64,000 nt of DNA from Anthoceros angustus (GCA_010909165.1 MU008164.1:372001-436000); one strand, 5' to 3'; positions 1 to 13,407 are shown, numbered from the stretch's first letter. The notes: generated by a model not told the origin, from the sequence alone. Translations and numbers: made by a program.

Positions 1-539
1 CCGCCCTGTCACTGCATTCCTCACACTCCTCAGTTGCAGCAGGCCCAGCTGCTTCTGCAGCAGCACAGGAGCTCCCATTCTCTTGGATGAAATGAACGGA
101 CGAGCTTTTGCTGTGATTCCGGATAAAATAGATAGCTCTCAGCACCAACTCTTATCTGCCACAGTGATTCCAGTGCGATTCTGTAATTGTACATCCATTG
201 TCATGTGGTTATGTCATTCATGCTTGCGTCCAGTCTGCTGGTGTCGAGGAGAATATCAAAACACGAGGCTCGTCCTTTGTGCATGGTTGCGGGCTGCGGG
301 CTGCATCCAACAGAAAGTTGATGAAAATATCCCGGCATTGAAGTCCAGGGTTTAGGGTTTACATTGTAGTCCGTCGTGGTGGTGCTGAGGAATACACCGC
401 ATCACGAGGCTTATATTTCAAGCATGGCTGCTGACTGCATCCACACTGTTGATGTTGAGGAAAAGATCCCGATACTGAAGTCCAAAGAAGGAAATCGTCA
501 CGAAGGATTCTCACTAGGTGGAGAATGGTATTCTGATAT

Positions 540-1343
540 TCAAGAGGGAGAACTGGAATGGTAGAGAACTGATTCAGGATTCAGTTCAAGAGGGAGAACT
601 GGAACCGGATCCAGTGTAACCCTGACTTCGGCTGAGGGAGAATCGGCAGATTCCGGTAGATCAGCCGAAGTCTCCTGATGTGATGCGATGCAGAGGGTGA
701 GGGTGAGGGAGACGGAGACGGCCGCATCAGGAACGGGATACACCTGCTCCCGAGGCGTGACGAGCGAGGACCATGTCTCCCTGACCGCGGCCAAGGGCGC
801 CTGCTCTCGAGCTAGGGCAGAGACATCTTGGATCTGGACGATCCAGGAGGATGCAAAGCTACGGAGAACGTGGCCGCGCAGCCCGAGCTGGATGGCGCGG
901 CGGGGAAGCTTGGCGCCCATGGGATCATGGTCGGGATCCCACTGCAGCCGCACCTGGGAGGAGGCCACGGCCGCCTGCCAGGTCTCCCGGTCCCGGAAGC
1001 CCGCGGCCGGGTGGAACATGGAAGGCACTGCCTGCGCCAGAATCCAGTCGAAGGCGGCGCGGCGCAGCCGAATGGCCAGCACCATCTCCTGCCCGGGCTT
1101 GCTCCCCCAGCCACTGCGGTGCATCATCCACAGGAAGTTGGTCTTCACCCACGACATCCTCGTCAGGCTGAAGTGCTCCCCTCCCAGAAATCCGTGATCC
1201 AGGGCAAACCGCCCGATCTCTGGCCTGTACGCCTGGTACACTACTACCGTGTCATCGTCGAAGTGCGCCAGGATGTGGCGCCCGAATAGCGGCCACCTCT
1301 CCATCTGGGACACGTATCTTTCCATCTCCAATTTGAACTCCAT
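540..1343 (-). CDS. DUF4291-family protein, intronless
   Basis: 267-aa ORF with DUF4291-type motifs HILAHFDDDTVVVYQAY, FSLTRMSWVKTNFLWMMHRSGWGSKPGQE, VRLQWDPDHDP and RRAIQLGL. The C-terminal ~50 aa are low complexity. Confidence 0.8.
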   Translation of the reverse strand: MEFKLEMERYVSQMERWPLFGRHILAHFDDDTVVVYQAYRPEIGRFALDHGFLGGEHFSLTRMSWVKTNFLWMMHRSGWGSKPGQEMVLAIRLRRAAFDWILAQAVPSMFHPAAGFRDRETWQAAVASSQVRLQWDPDHDPMGAKLPRRAIQLGLRGHVLRSFASSWIVQIQDVSALAREQAPLAAVRETWSSLVTPREQVYPVPDAAVSVSLTLTLCIASHQETSADLPESADSPSAEVRVTLDPVPVLPLELNPESVLYHSSSPS

Positions 1344-1949
1344 CTCAATGGCGGAGTTTTTCCCGGTGAGGTCTTCATTTTATTCAGGCAGGGTAAGGCA
1401 GTTCGAGCACAGCGCGATTCCATGCTTGAGTGCGTAGTAAGCTTGGAAAAGTCCTATACCTAAACGTTGTTTGAGAGTAGATCTAGGTCATATAGGGTCC
1501 AGGCTCTCCCAGTTGAAGACCGAACGTAGAAAACGGGAAACGGGACTGTGGCGTTTGAGCGAGATGGTTTTTTTGTAATGGGAGACCTAATCAAGAACGA
1601 CGAACAGGTTTGTGCGCGCACGGTCTCGCGGGCGTCGACGGCAATTTAACCCTAAACGACAACCCCTATGTTCCGAGAAATTCAAGCATTGTAGTTTCTA
1701 TTTGTTTTTGTAAATATTATGGTCAGATATTAAGGGTAGTGCCAAGCAGCTCTTTGTGGGCTTTCCAATAAGCCTATGGTTGCCTTCAAAAGAGTAGAAT
1801 ACCTCCTCGGAGTTTCGGTCGATATATCCCTCTTAGTGCTCTTTTGAAGTGTTCTAGGTGCGGCTCAAGTGCAAAACACGACTGGAGATGTAAGAGGATT
1901 ACTGCTAATCACCACCAAAAAACCAAGGAAAATTGTTCGATAGCTCATC

Positions 1950-2470
1950 AGATGCACCAAGAGAAACGACGGGGCCCTTCACAAAATGGACCCGCCATGG
2001 CAGCAAGCTTCTACCTACACTTTCCTAACCGGATTCATAAAACTACGCCCCATGTGCAAAGTGGCTGTCACGCAATCTATGCTATGCATGCGAAGCCCCT
2101 CCCAGAGTCATTACCACTAGTGGACACGTGGCAGGAAAGGTGGCCGTCCCTCGGGAAACCAAAGGACACCCATCCCCGCACACACCCGCCACTGGCCACA
2201 TCCCGCATCTTGGTCTCCCCATGGCCGGATTATCTCTCCTGCCACTCATATTACGAATCTCGGAGGCGGAGGACATGTGGATACCCAGAGCCCATGAGGA
2301 CCCCATCCTCGGGCCTCTGGCTCTCCTCCATTCCCCTTGCTTACCGCACTTGCACAGTTGGAGGCCCAGTCAAGCGTTTCACCTGGAACAGATATAGAAA
2401 CTCCCGAACAACAAGCAGTGCACTATACCTTCAAGGTGGAGTCGGGAAGTGGTACCATGCCGCCAGCTGA
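1950..2470 (+). pseudogene. Possible decayed 3' fragment of a CRE-type non-LTR retrotransposon
   Basis: The segment PSSGLWLSSIP resembles the SGxWLxxxP motif found downstream of RT in CRE-clade proteins. It is frameshifted and the similarity is weak. Confidence 0.3.
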
Positions 2471-5400
2471 GGTGGACTTGTAACAGAGAGACAAATGGCA
2501 GTCTACCATTGGATCTTACTTTTCATGGAAATGTGCAAGTAATGGTTGGACCGACAATCATGGGCAACAGACAATTCAATGGTAATGCAATTCTAAGATC
2601 GAAACAGCTAGTCAAGGCCAGTGAAGAGAGAGTGGACCCACCAGCTAGGCGGGTCCATGGCACCGGCTAGGTGGCGGGACCACGGCCAGACCATGCCACT
2701 CTCCTTGCTCGCCGTAGTTCAGCCCGCCCTTCATTTCTTTTCCGACTCGCGATGCCTCGTCCTGGTGCCGTGGCCCTTTGCTCTCGTTCCAAGGCGATTC
2801 AATAGCCTTCAAGGTCGCCAATTTTGAGAAACTTGGGCATGAGTACGGGTAATCAGTAGTAAAATTCTGAATTTCTATGAATTAGTTATAGTAAAAAAAA
2901 TAGGTCTAAAGTCTCGATCCAAGACCCTTGGACATCTAGGGTAAACAAATCGGATTCGAGATTTGCACCATACGCGGCACACAAAACAAGTCCCGTCTCG
3001 TGTGTTCCAGATGGTGAGTCTATTTCGCATCCTAAACCTCTGTTTCATTGCCGACCTAACTTTTCACAATTTATTATATAATTATAGCTTTATTTAAAAT
3101 ATTATCACATGGGACAAAGTTCTAGAAAGAGAACTTCACATCCTGAGACCAAAAATGACCTCAAGCAACACATACGGACAATTGCCAAAAAAGGATACTG
3201 GAACACAAACGCCAAAAACACCCTCCTCGTAACTCTCAATTCACTTGGATGAGACTCACAAAGAAGCAACTAGCACCTAAGCAACGTAAAATGGCACCAA
3301 CCAACCAGCCAAGCTTGGTAACATTGCTTGCATTAGATAGAAAAGTTGCAAAGCATATACGATATTCGATGGCTAATATGCTCCCGTTGTCTAATCATTT
3401 GCATTTGAAGTCAATTATACATTTTGAAGTTGTTGTGGTCCGCTGTACCTATATAGGACTTCAAAAGGCTATTACAAACTGTTTAGACACCATTACATAA
3501 TTAAATTCAAGAAACAAATGCTGAGGATGTGCTGGTATACTACGCGTAGTAGCAGACCTCCACCACAACTCAAATAGCCTCGTTAATCACTTGTCCACAC
3601 AATCCTTGCTACTCGAAGTATTCACCACAACTTAAATCTCTTTCACTTTTGGCCAAAGCTGAAAGCCTTGCTTTTCAAATATCATAGCAATATGAATCAA
3701 ATAACACTATGAGATAGAGAACTATCTATGCAATCGGCAAGGATGGTGCCATAATGGTAAAAGGCAGAAGCACCGGATGAAGGTCCTCCCTGGGAGAATG
3801 TAAGGGGGATGATGGCTTTAATGGTAGAGATGGTGGTGCTTCTTATGGGGGCACCAACGGATGGAGTAGTGGTGATCGTGGAATTAAGCGCATTCGAAGC
3901 TATAGCAGGAGTTTGTGATTGCGTCTCCCTCCGGCATGCTACTTTGTACCTCTCGTCTTACGTCTTCTCACTAAGACGTCATTTTGCCATTGTCTGTCTC
4001 TCGCATGGTATTGTCTACTTCCCACCTGCTATTTTCTGCCTCAAGTATGGCAAACAAAACAAAATCTTTCAAGAGAGTCGGAGGCGAAAATCAAGAAAAC
4101 TAAATTATGCTTAGCGTGAACTTGACTTTGTGTGCGCCTTATCTATGTCGCCTACTTTTCATGCATAGCTATTATGCAAGCTGCCTCTAAAACCAAATAG
4201 AACGAAGACATCTTAGGCATCTCCAAAAAAATTCAGTAGCGGTCGCCCTGAATCAGAAATCAATCAAAACCAGAACCACAAAGCGGTTAGACTATTCTTA
4301 AACTTGGTGGGTAATATTTTTAAAAACGCTTAAGTTCACCAAAAAAAAATTTGTTGTTTCTCTTTTTTCGACGGTCCTCCTTGAATCTGAAACGCCATTC
4401 AAACATGGTAAGGATCCCAGCACTCCTCAACAACACCTTAGGGAACATGGCTACGTAGCTAGCCAACCTCTAGGATCACGACGGCCCTATTAGCCAATTT
4501 TCGGCGCGGGCTTATCCAATGTATAGTGCCGTCCTAACCATTTTGCTTTTCGAATTGCAAGGCTATCATCTGGCGAGGTGAGATTGGTGAAAATAAGTGA
4601 CTCTTGTAGATTTTATTTCTAGATAATGAGGGTTCCTCTATGAATTGCATCTCCTGGGCTCACATGAGCTAGATTTGTATTTGGCAAGCCGATTCATGGA
4701 CGGAGGTATTTCCATCCTCCTGTCATTGCAAGCCAAATAAATTAGACAAGGATGGATGCGTGGACCATATGCAGGTTAGATATTGACCATGACTTAGGGG
4801 TCACCTAAGTTAGCTGGGCTCGTTAAAGACCTGATTTAGATTTGCTTTAAGGATTATATGTAGCAGGTGGGAGGCAAACGAAATTACAACCTACTCACCT
4901 ACTCACCGCCCTGTGGGCAAGCCTACCATGTTGTATTTCTCATTTTTCATCTGATCGTATTTGCACAAAAAGCGTACATGTTGTGCCTATAGGAGTGGGT
5001 GCCGAACTAGATGGAAGACTTGGATACGCATACACAAGAAAACTATCAGCCTCCACTGAAACGATTAGAGGGCTTAAAACAGACATGAATATGAATTCCA
5101 AAAAACAAATAATTCATATTATTTTTTCTCAATATCGCCTTTAGCTTGATTTCTAAAAGTATGAGAACCATAGAGCTATTTTGAGTTAGTGCATGAGGTT
5201 TACGATAAATCAAAAAATTATTTTACATATAGAATAACAAGGTCCCGTCATCTACTAATATCGATTTATTACAATACCAAAAATATCACTATTATTGTCT
5301 CATTAAGAAATTCAAACTTTGAACTTCAAATAATAAGGATTTTATAATATTATAATTATTTAGTACTTAGTTTACCGAGGACTCTAAGACTATATATGGC

Positions 5401-5779
5401 CTATATAGGTAGGTAAATGAAAACAAAATACGAACAAGAGAGAAACGGTAACCACTCATAGACCCGCTCGATTCACTAAAAACCTACCTAGATAGAGATA
5501 GAGTTAACCTTTTCCAACTGACAGTAACCAATACGGCTTGATCAGGTCCTTTAGCTCATCCTTCTCCCGCGCACATTTTCGCGGGCCCCGTCTCTTGTTC
5601 AAATCGCCGGGACATCTTCTTCCAAGGGGACTTCGACACTCAGCGCCTCTCTCATCTTCCAGCTGCAGCCTGAGCGGTGCTCGGTCCGTCAGCGGAATCA
5701 AGTTTTTGAATCCTCAAGTCGCCACTCGCCACCGCCAGAGTATTGCAGCATTCCTGCTTTACCCTAACAAGTAGCGAGG

Positions 5780-7207
5780 ATGCCCAGTGCGGCGAGCTCC
5801 AAGAAGAATGGTATCGTTTCCCGGAAGCGGGTCGATGCTGATCCTGGCGCTATGAAGCGAGGTTCTGGTGGCAGCGCCTTTAGCCGCTGGTGCGTTGCGG
5901 TTTGGGCAACTCTTTTAACTGTAGATGGTTGGTTTCCATTGAATTCTCCTCTCTGTATGTCGAGCTAATCTTGTGACGTTTTGCGGAGCAGTGACAAGTG
6001 CAACAAGGACATCCCAGTTGCTACAGCTGATATGCATGACTGTCAAGGCGAGGCCACAATTAAAGCCAGTCTAGGTAGGTCTTCACACTTCGTGTCGACT
6101 GTCACTCTCGGAATGGGTATTGTGCCGCTCCCGCATTCTTACCTTTCGGTTGCTGCTGCAGGCAAGCTTGAAAAGGATGCAATGGTGAAAGGAAAGGCTA
6201 CAGACAAAACCAACGCCGACGGTGACAAGTAATGACCGGTTTCTTTGTCTTGAATGGGGAAATCTAGGAGCAGTCTGATGCTTACTAAGTTCAATTCCTG
6301 GAACCTGGCAGTGGAGTCAAGAAGAGAAAGGCCAGCACGAAGGCTGTTGAAAAAAAGGGGAAGAAGTCTAAGCCTGCAAAGGATCCAAACATGCCGAAGC
6401 GTCCCACAACGGCTTACTTTCTTTTCATGTAAGCCGATGTTACTCAACGAAGTGAAAATAGTATTAGTCTCCATGTATTTTGAAAGTAACAGTATTTGCA
6501 TGTTCATCTGTTCAGGAACGACTTCCGGACCACCTGGAAATCTGAACATGAGAACGAGAAGATGAGCGTTGGGGTAATAGAGCTACAGACTTCTGATCAT
6601 GCTGTATTGCGCTGATCGCGTTTTTATCATGCCTTACGAAACTGCTGTTCGACCCCTCGCAGGACGTGGCCAAACAAGCAGGACAGAAATGGAAGGCGAT
6701 GACTGATGAGGTCAGTAACTAGTAAGGATACCATTGGACAGGCCAAGATAGGCAAACATCACATCTGGGTATTTCTAATGCGTTTCTACCCTGTACCCTT
6801 CTGCGTGCCGCAGGAAAAAGCACCTTACCTTGCTGCTGCCGCGGAGAAGAAGGTTGAATACGATGCGGCAATGAAGAGCTATAAGGTGCTGTTTGTTAGC
6901 TACCGCTTTGTGCTGTGTGGTATACTGTCGTGCACAAAGAATTGCCTGCCATTGAAGCGGTTGTCTGAAATCCTGCTGACTCTGTTCAGTCCGGTGGAAA
7001 GAGTGAGGAGGAGGCTGCTGAGTCAGAAGGAAACGAGGAAGAAGTCGAGGAAGGAGCAGCTGAGGTAACCTGTTAGTGCTTGAACTTGCCAAAATATTCC
7101 GTACTCTTGGGAAGTCAGGTCTTCAGGGTTCTCGTTGCCTGATTCCCTTTGAATGTCTGGCGCCATGTACACAGGAAGGTGCAGATGAGAGCCTTGTAGA
7201 CGACTAA
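5780..7207 (+). CDS. HMGB-type high mobility group box protein (about 8 exons)
   Basis: GT-AG exons join to MPSAASSKKN...KKRKASTK...KDPNMPKRPTTAYFLFM-NDFRTTWK...DVAKQAGQKWKAMTDE-EKAPYLAAAAEKKVEYDAAMKSYK, followed by an acidic tail ending in TAA at 7205-7207. This is the basic N-terminus + HMG box + acidic tail layout. Confidence 0.88.
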
Positions 7208-7683
7208 CAAGCCGACAGATCTCTATACCTCTTTTCGAATGTGTATATTTCAGCACCCGGCCTTCAGCTCCGACTGGAACGACTGTGCGCAGTTTCCAGC
7301 TAACTGGGAGACGAAGACTCCGATGCTTACAATTTTGTAGTATAGCTTGTGTTCCTCGGACCCAACTCCCATGTAAAGTCCTGTACATCACCCCCGTATC
7401 TATGTGGAAGGACAGGCGAGTCGTGATTGTTAAGGGGCTTGTCAGACATGGTAGTAAATTTCCAAAGAAGTGATTTGTCAACGGCGAAAGTACTAGCATG
7501 TTGGCTGCCCAACCGCTCGTTACTAAACGTGAGGAGGATACATGGTTTGCGGAGGTATAGTACCATCAAGCATCCGACGAAAATATCTAGTATCATAAAC
7601 ATAACCAACTGCACAAAGGTGAAAAAGCCAGTATGGCCTGCAGTGGCTTGCCGCGACAGAGAAGAGGCGGCTACACATCAATT

Positions 7684-9017
7684 CTAGATCTCGCAGATAA
7701 AGTAAGCATCAGCATTTGTATCACTGCAGTAAAGGCAGGGAGTTTGCGTGAACCCCTGCTGCTTGAGAAGCTTTCGAGACTCTGCCACGAGCTCCCTGTT
7801 AGTGAGTTTGTAACCCTTCTGCTTCAGCAGGGTCTGGATGGCATTGCTCAGTGCACCGTATGCCTGAGCTGGATCACCAGTGGGATTAGCATCTGCAGAG
7901 GTCTGGTTTGACTCGCATCCACTGACCAAGATTCCCATATCAGGATGCACTTTGTGGCCCGAAGCTCCAGCGAAGGCAGCCTGCACATCGGTAGGGCGGT
8001 CTGCAGCAGGCTTCACATAGTCCTCCCCTTGGTCATCCAGCTTGGTCTGTAAAAATTGCTGTGCCAGGCCCCAGATGCCCCCGCCTTGGCCACCATCTCC
8101 ACTTTGCAGCTGCTGCAGGGCCACGTTAATAAAAGTCTTGATCTTCCCGCTGGAGTCCGCCCCGAACATGTCGAAGAGCGTGGTGCGAATGTTCCCTACA
8201 TCCACCTGTTGCCCTGTCCTTTGGCTGAGGATCTGCGTGAGCAGCTCCAACGGCAGGTTTTTGCTCTTACTTCCATCGACCAGCGGCTCATCCTGAGGCT
8301 GTTCCTCCTCCTCGTGTCCCCGACGGTGCCTGGTTGGGAAATTGATTCCCCGTTTCTGCAGCGATGACTGCACTCTGGAGCTCACCATTCCGAAAAGCGC
8401 TTCTCCAAGCCCGCCGTTGCCGCCCCCGCCACCGGAGCCATGGCCCTCATCCGTGTTGGAGGAGTCTCCGATCTGCTCCAACGCGTGGTCAATAAGACCT
8501 CCGCTGTGGCAAGAGTCGGAGACAATCGTGAGACTTGCTCCCACGGGCACCTTATTCACCAGCTCCCGGAAGTCATCATCTGCCAAAGGCAAGGCAAGAG
8601 AAGGCCGTCAAGCGGAACAGCCGCGTGCTCACTGACATCAGATCGGGAAGAGCCAGATCTACGCAGCCTACCTGTGATGAGATTCATGTCGCAGGGAACA
8701 ATGCACTCATCATAGCCAGTGTCATCATTCTCGCCAGTCTCAGCAGGCACCCGGGTGCCGTGGCCGCTGTAGTGGATGAAAAGCACATCTCCCTGCTCCA
8801 CTCCGTCCACCAGGCAAGCCAGGGCTTGGCGGATGTTCGCCCCCGTCGGCTGCGTGCACTCGGCATCAGTGTCCACCAGCACCTTGACGGAACTCTCTTC
8901 AAACCCGTACTTCTCCACCAGAACAGCGTACATGCGCTTCACGTCATTGACGCATCCGTGCAGCTCCGCCTGCGTGCCGGGGTAGTTCACTCCGATTAGC
9001 ACCGCCTTCTTCACCAT
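7684..9017 (-). CDS. Type II metacaspase (exons 9017-8672 and 8579-7684)
   Basis: [14 protein letters not shown] start, catalytic His in [19 protein letters not shown]|DDDFRELV across a GT-AG intron, catalytic Cys in SDSCHSGG, long linker, and p10 region ending [12 protein letters not shown]. Confidence 0.95.
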
Positions 9018-9473
9018 CGTGCACAGTTTCCTGCAAAGCAGATCTCGCAATCAGATTCCCCTCCTTGGCAGAACCGACGCTAGGATGCGCATCGCCTTCC
9101 CGGCTGCAATGTGCGGAGAGTTTACCTGAGCGGCAGCCTTCGATGAAGATGGACAACGACACAGCAACTTGTCGCACGCTCACAGCTCCAAGACTCACAG
9201 CACAGCGGAACGCAGCTCAGCTAGTTGACACTCCAAGTCTATAATAGACTGAAATATCGACTCCACGTGGACGAGTAACGCGCGTCTCCTGTTATGTAAA
9301 GCACGAGGCTGATCCAAAACTTCTCATCTTTTTGTTCCGAGAGGATCGAAGGGTTTGATGTTGCTGGAAGGAAAAGTGGAACGAAAAAAGAACGAGATAG
9401 GAAATCCCATCCACCCCGAGGCGAAGAGGACAACCCACGACGGGGCACACGCCAGGGGTTTGTGCCCCCGCAC

Positions 9474-9826
9474 TACCGTACCCCCGAGGGGTGATTCAAC
9501 AGGATAATGCAGAAATAATTATTTTTTGAAAAAATAAGGTTCAATAAAGATATTTATATTTTTCAAAAGTTCAATATTTACAAAAAATAATTTTATCGAA
9601 TTTCAATATTTATTAAAATATATAAGTATATATATATAACTAATGGATATGTATAGACCTCCCCTAAACAGGCCCTAATTTTCCACGCAAACCCTAGTTT
9701 CCTTATTGTTGGCATCTTAAACTCATAAATTTTTACATATTCAACATTTTAAGTATAATCATTTCTAAAATTTCAACTTTTATTTATTTATTTAATTAAC
9801 GCCGAATCACCCCTCGGGGTACGGTA
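9474..9826. mobile_element. MITE with ~21-22 bp TIRs and TA target-site duplication (Tc1/mariner/pogo-type)
   Basis: TA-CCGTACCCCCGAGGGGTGATTC (9474-9497) and GAATCACCCCTCGGGGTACGG-TA (9804-9826) are inverted repeats enclosing an AT-rich non-coding interior. Confidence 0.8.
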
Positions 9827-9879
9827 CTCTACCTTGTAACCCCCAATCGCCCCCAAGATGTCGTCGTCCGAGATAGGGA

Positions 9880-11480
9880 AGGGCTTACTTACCACCGGTG
9901 CCGCCGATGCTGCCATCCACAAATTCCCATGTAAGGGCCCGACTGGGACTCCAAGTACCCGCAGCCCCTATGAAGAATCAATATCCCCCCGGGATAAGGA
10001 AAATGGGGCGTAATACCGGACGGGGACCAAACCTTCCACTTCAAGATCTTGACCTTCAGGCCAAGGCGGGAGAGCTCCAACGAGAAGAGGTCGAAAGCAT
10101 TGGTTGACTTTGTCCACTGGCCCAAGGATGTGGGTGTCGTCGGCCATCGACGGAAAGAGGCACTCCCACACCGAGGAGGCAGTTATTGACAGGGCCCTGA
10201 AATGCGTCATAGCAAAGAGAGCTCCCCCCAAGAGATCCCCTTGCCTGGTTCCCGTTGCGGAGTCAAGCACACAGACCCTCTCCACCGAGGGGCCGTGTTG
10301 ATCATATAGGTTAGATGGGGAATCATAGAAAGAGCGAACAAAAGGAATAAGACTTGTCAGTTGCTCACTCGCGTCTTTAAGCTGATGGAAGATGGCCGCC
10401 CTAGATACAGTGTTGAAAGAGTTCTCAACATCGACTTGAAGGGCAACCCACATCCGGATGTAGCTAGAGAACCGCCTCGACTCCAAAACTCACCGTCTCA
10501 CAGCCTCCCGGGGTGGCGATGCCAAATTGATGGGGGCTAAGATGAGCCTGGAATTGCTCCATGAGCTGGAGGGCAATGCTGCGGCTAATAAGACGTGGGA
10601 ATGCCTCTCCCACATCGATAGGGCGCACCCCCGGTGTGGGCTTCTCCATAGCCAAAAGCCTGCTAGCCCCCAATACCCGTGAAATCCGATGGGGGGGTCT
10701 CACCCTGCGCCACAGCCGCCGCCAGGATAAAGAGCTCCGAAAAACCACTAGAAGGATTCTCAGGAGAGAAGTAGTCACGAAGGTGATCAAAGACAATGTT
10801 AGAAAGACCCCCCAAAGAGAGCCACGGGGCGGTAGTTAGAGCGCGACCAAAAACCACCTTGTCCAGACAAAAGGGCTTCTTAGCCACAAACTCCAAAATA
10901 TCCGGTGGGATGAGGACATTTGGAGCCAGGTGAAGGACCTGAAGAGCAGCAATAGTCTCCTTGGATGCCAAAGCAACTGGCTCCGGCCGAAGGGCCCGGA
11001 CAGCCGTAGGATACTCGCCTACACGACCATGCAGGAGGCACCTTTTGAGACGCGCCTTCACGGGGTCTTGACAAACCTGATCAAGCTTAACCGACTCCAA
11101 TCTCGATCGAGCAGCATGGCCACCCTCTTCCTGAAGAGCTTGCCAGTCCCCGAGTTCCTGGCCTCGAAACAGCGGAGCCGGGAGGCAACCTCCCTCTGAC
11201 ATGAATTCTCACCTCTGGAGCAATGGAGACACCACCGGGGAAGAAAAAGGAGCGAAGTCCAGGCTGCTTCATCTCGAGAGTTCTGTGCGAGGCGCTCCAA
11301 GGAAAGCCTGTAGGCCAAGCAGACATCGTCTTGCAGTCGCTGAAAAAGGCGGGGTCCCGGAAGACGCGTGTCATAAAGAGCCAAAAGATGATCAGACTGC
11401 ACCCGCAACAACTACCAAGACTCTGGCGGAGGCTCTAGAGGAGCAGTCGGACGTGAGGAGGAAGGGGCGGCAACGCTAGA
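9880..11480 (-). mobile_element. Degenerate CRE-clade non-LTR retrotransposon reverse transcriptase
   Basis: Frameshifted ORFs give LLFLPRWCL, ASRLLAMEKPTPGVRPIDVGEAFPRL, HLSPHQFGIATPGGCE, VALQVDVENSFNTVSR, GTRQGDLLGGALF, MADDTHILG and LGLKV. These are RT motifs in the style of CRE/Cnl1-type elements. Confidence 0.75.
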
Positions 11481-11729
11481 AGATGTAGCCCTCACCTGAG
11501 CCTCCCATGCATTTCGGTCAAAGTCCTTGTGCATCAAGCCCATGTGTCTCTTTGCACCAACAATACCCTTATATAAAATTCTACATAGTGTCCTTCCCAG
11601 AAGCGGAAGAAGGAGGCCCTATAGAAAAAATAATATGAAGGAACCTTATCCAAAACTAGGGTGCTCCACTCTCTAATTTGTTTGTCAAATATAGTCGGTA
11701 TCCGTCTCTGAACCTGGAAGATCAGATGT

Positions 11730-11905
11730 CGTAAAACCCTAAACATGTAGAACCCTATACGTGTGAAACCCGGAAGATTAGCTGCTGTAAAACCCTAAAC
11801 TTGTGGAACCCTAAATTTATGAAACCCTGAACCTAGAAGATCGGCTCCCGCAAAACCCTAAACCTATGAAACCCTATACTTGTGAAACCCTAAACTTGGA
11901 ACCCG
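11730..11905 (+). repeat. Degenerate repeat of AAACCCTA-containing units (~17 bp)
   Basis: About 8-9 copies of (G)AAACCCTA(A/T)AC(T/C)T(G/A)T-like units containing the plant telomere core. Confidence 0.65.
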
Positions 11906-11924
11906 GCTCACTGCCAGCCCGGCT

Positions 11925-12165
11925 GCCACAACCTCCCGGACATTGCTATTGCGCCACCCCTCAACAATGCCACAACCTCCCGGACCCTGCCACAACCTCC
12001 CGGACATTGCTATTGCGCCACCCCTCAACAATGCCACAACCTCCCGGACATTGCTATTGCGCCACCCCTCAACAATGCCACAACCTCCCGGACATTGCTA
12101 TTGCGCCACCCCTCAACAATGCCACAACCTCCCGGACCCTGCTACTGCGCCACCCCCAACAATGC
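11925..12165 (+). repeat. 44-bp minisatellite
   Basis: About 5 copies of TGCCACAACCTCCCGGACATTGCTATTGCGCCACCCCTCAACAA. Confidence 0.9.
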
Positions 12166-12429
12166 GGTATGAAAGACATGATGATGAAGATGAGGAAAAA
12201 TAGACCATAAGAAGTGGAAGGAGCATGGCCACATTGTATGCGAAGCGTTACAACACTTCCAAACTTTCACTTCAATCTTTTTATCCACCTGCACCCATAT
12301 CCTAGTTTATAACTTCCAAACTTTCACTTCAATCTTTTTATCCACCTGTACCCATATCCTAGGATTGATCACTCATATTTTGGCCCAAACAATATTACTC
12401 TCCTACTCGTGCATGTGCCATCGCTCCCT

Positions 12430-12770
12430 CCAGCATCCTCCTACATCCTCCTACATCCTCCCACATCCTCCCACATCCTCCCACATCTTCCCACATCCTC
12501 TTACATCCTCCCACATCCTCCCACATCCCCCCATCCCCCATCCTCCCACATCATCCCACATCCTTCCACATCCCCCCACATCCTCCCACATCATCCCACA
12601 TCCTTCCATCCCCCATCCTCCCACATCCTCCCACATCCTCCCACATCCGCCCACATCCCCCCACATCCTCCTACATCCTCCCACATCCTCCTACATCCTC
12701 CCACATCCCCCTGCAATCGCTCCCTCCCATGGCTCCCTCCACCATCCGCCTACATCCTCCCCACATAGAA
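12430..12770 (+). repeat. 10-bp tandem repeat (CCACATCCTC)n
   Basis: Directly visible degenerate array. The His/Pro-rich ORFs here are by-products of it. Confidence 0.9.
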
Positions 12771-12834
12771 ATATGTATGCGGATTCATTTTCAAGAGTAT
12801 GCTGCCGCTTTTTGAAAGGGAGCATGAAAGAACT

Positions 12835-13160
12835 TCATGCCGCTAACAGCAGAAACCAATGAAAGTAGATGCCGCTCATAGTAGAAACAAAAGGATATAG
12901 ATGCCGCTTATGGCAGAAACTAGATGCCGCTCATAGTAGAAACAAAAGGATATAGATGCCGCTTATGGCAGAAACTAGATGCCGCTCAGAGTAGAAACAA
13001 AAGGATATATAGATGCCGCTTATGGCAGAAACTAAGGGATTTAGATGCCGCTGATAGTAGAAACAAAAGGATATAGATGCCGCTTATAGCATAAACTAAG
13101 GGATGTAGATGCCGGTGATAGCACAAACCGAAGAACTTGGTGCGGCGGACAGCAGAAACT
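12835..13160 (+). repeat. ~23-33 bp degenerate minisatellite
   Basis: Repeated TAGATGCCGCT(C/T)AT(A/G)G(T/C)AGAAAC units. Confidence 0.85.
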
Positions 13161-13407
13161 TCTTCAGCAAACGTTCAATTCCAAATCTTTGAAAATTTTG
13201 CGGCTCACAAGCGAGTGTGAAGGAACGGGAAAGTGTAGATGTTCTCGTGGAATTAACTGGCTCAAGCTCTGGTGCAAGATGAACTAGAACTCAAACGGCA
13301 AGTGCTTTCTTGGTGCAGAGGAAGGCCTATCTATTTGTGTGAGTCCGAGACTGCGTATATCTGAGACGTCTCATGGCGAGGAGGAGAGCAGCGTCTTACA
13401 AGCCGCC

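Noticed and set aside
688-1289. Several + strand ORFs over the DUF4291 gene
   Set aside because: They are antisense shadows of a GC-rich coding sequence.
11866-12862. Pro/His-rich ORFs
   Set aside because: They are translations of 44-bp and 10-bp tandem repeats with no other sign of coding function.
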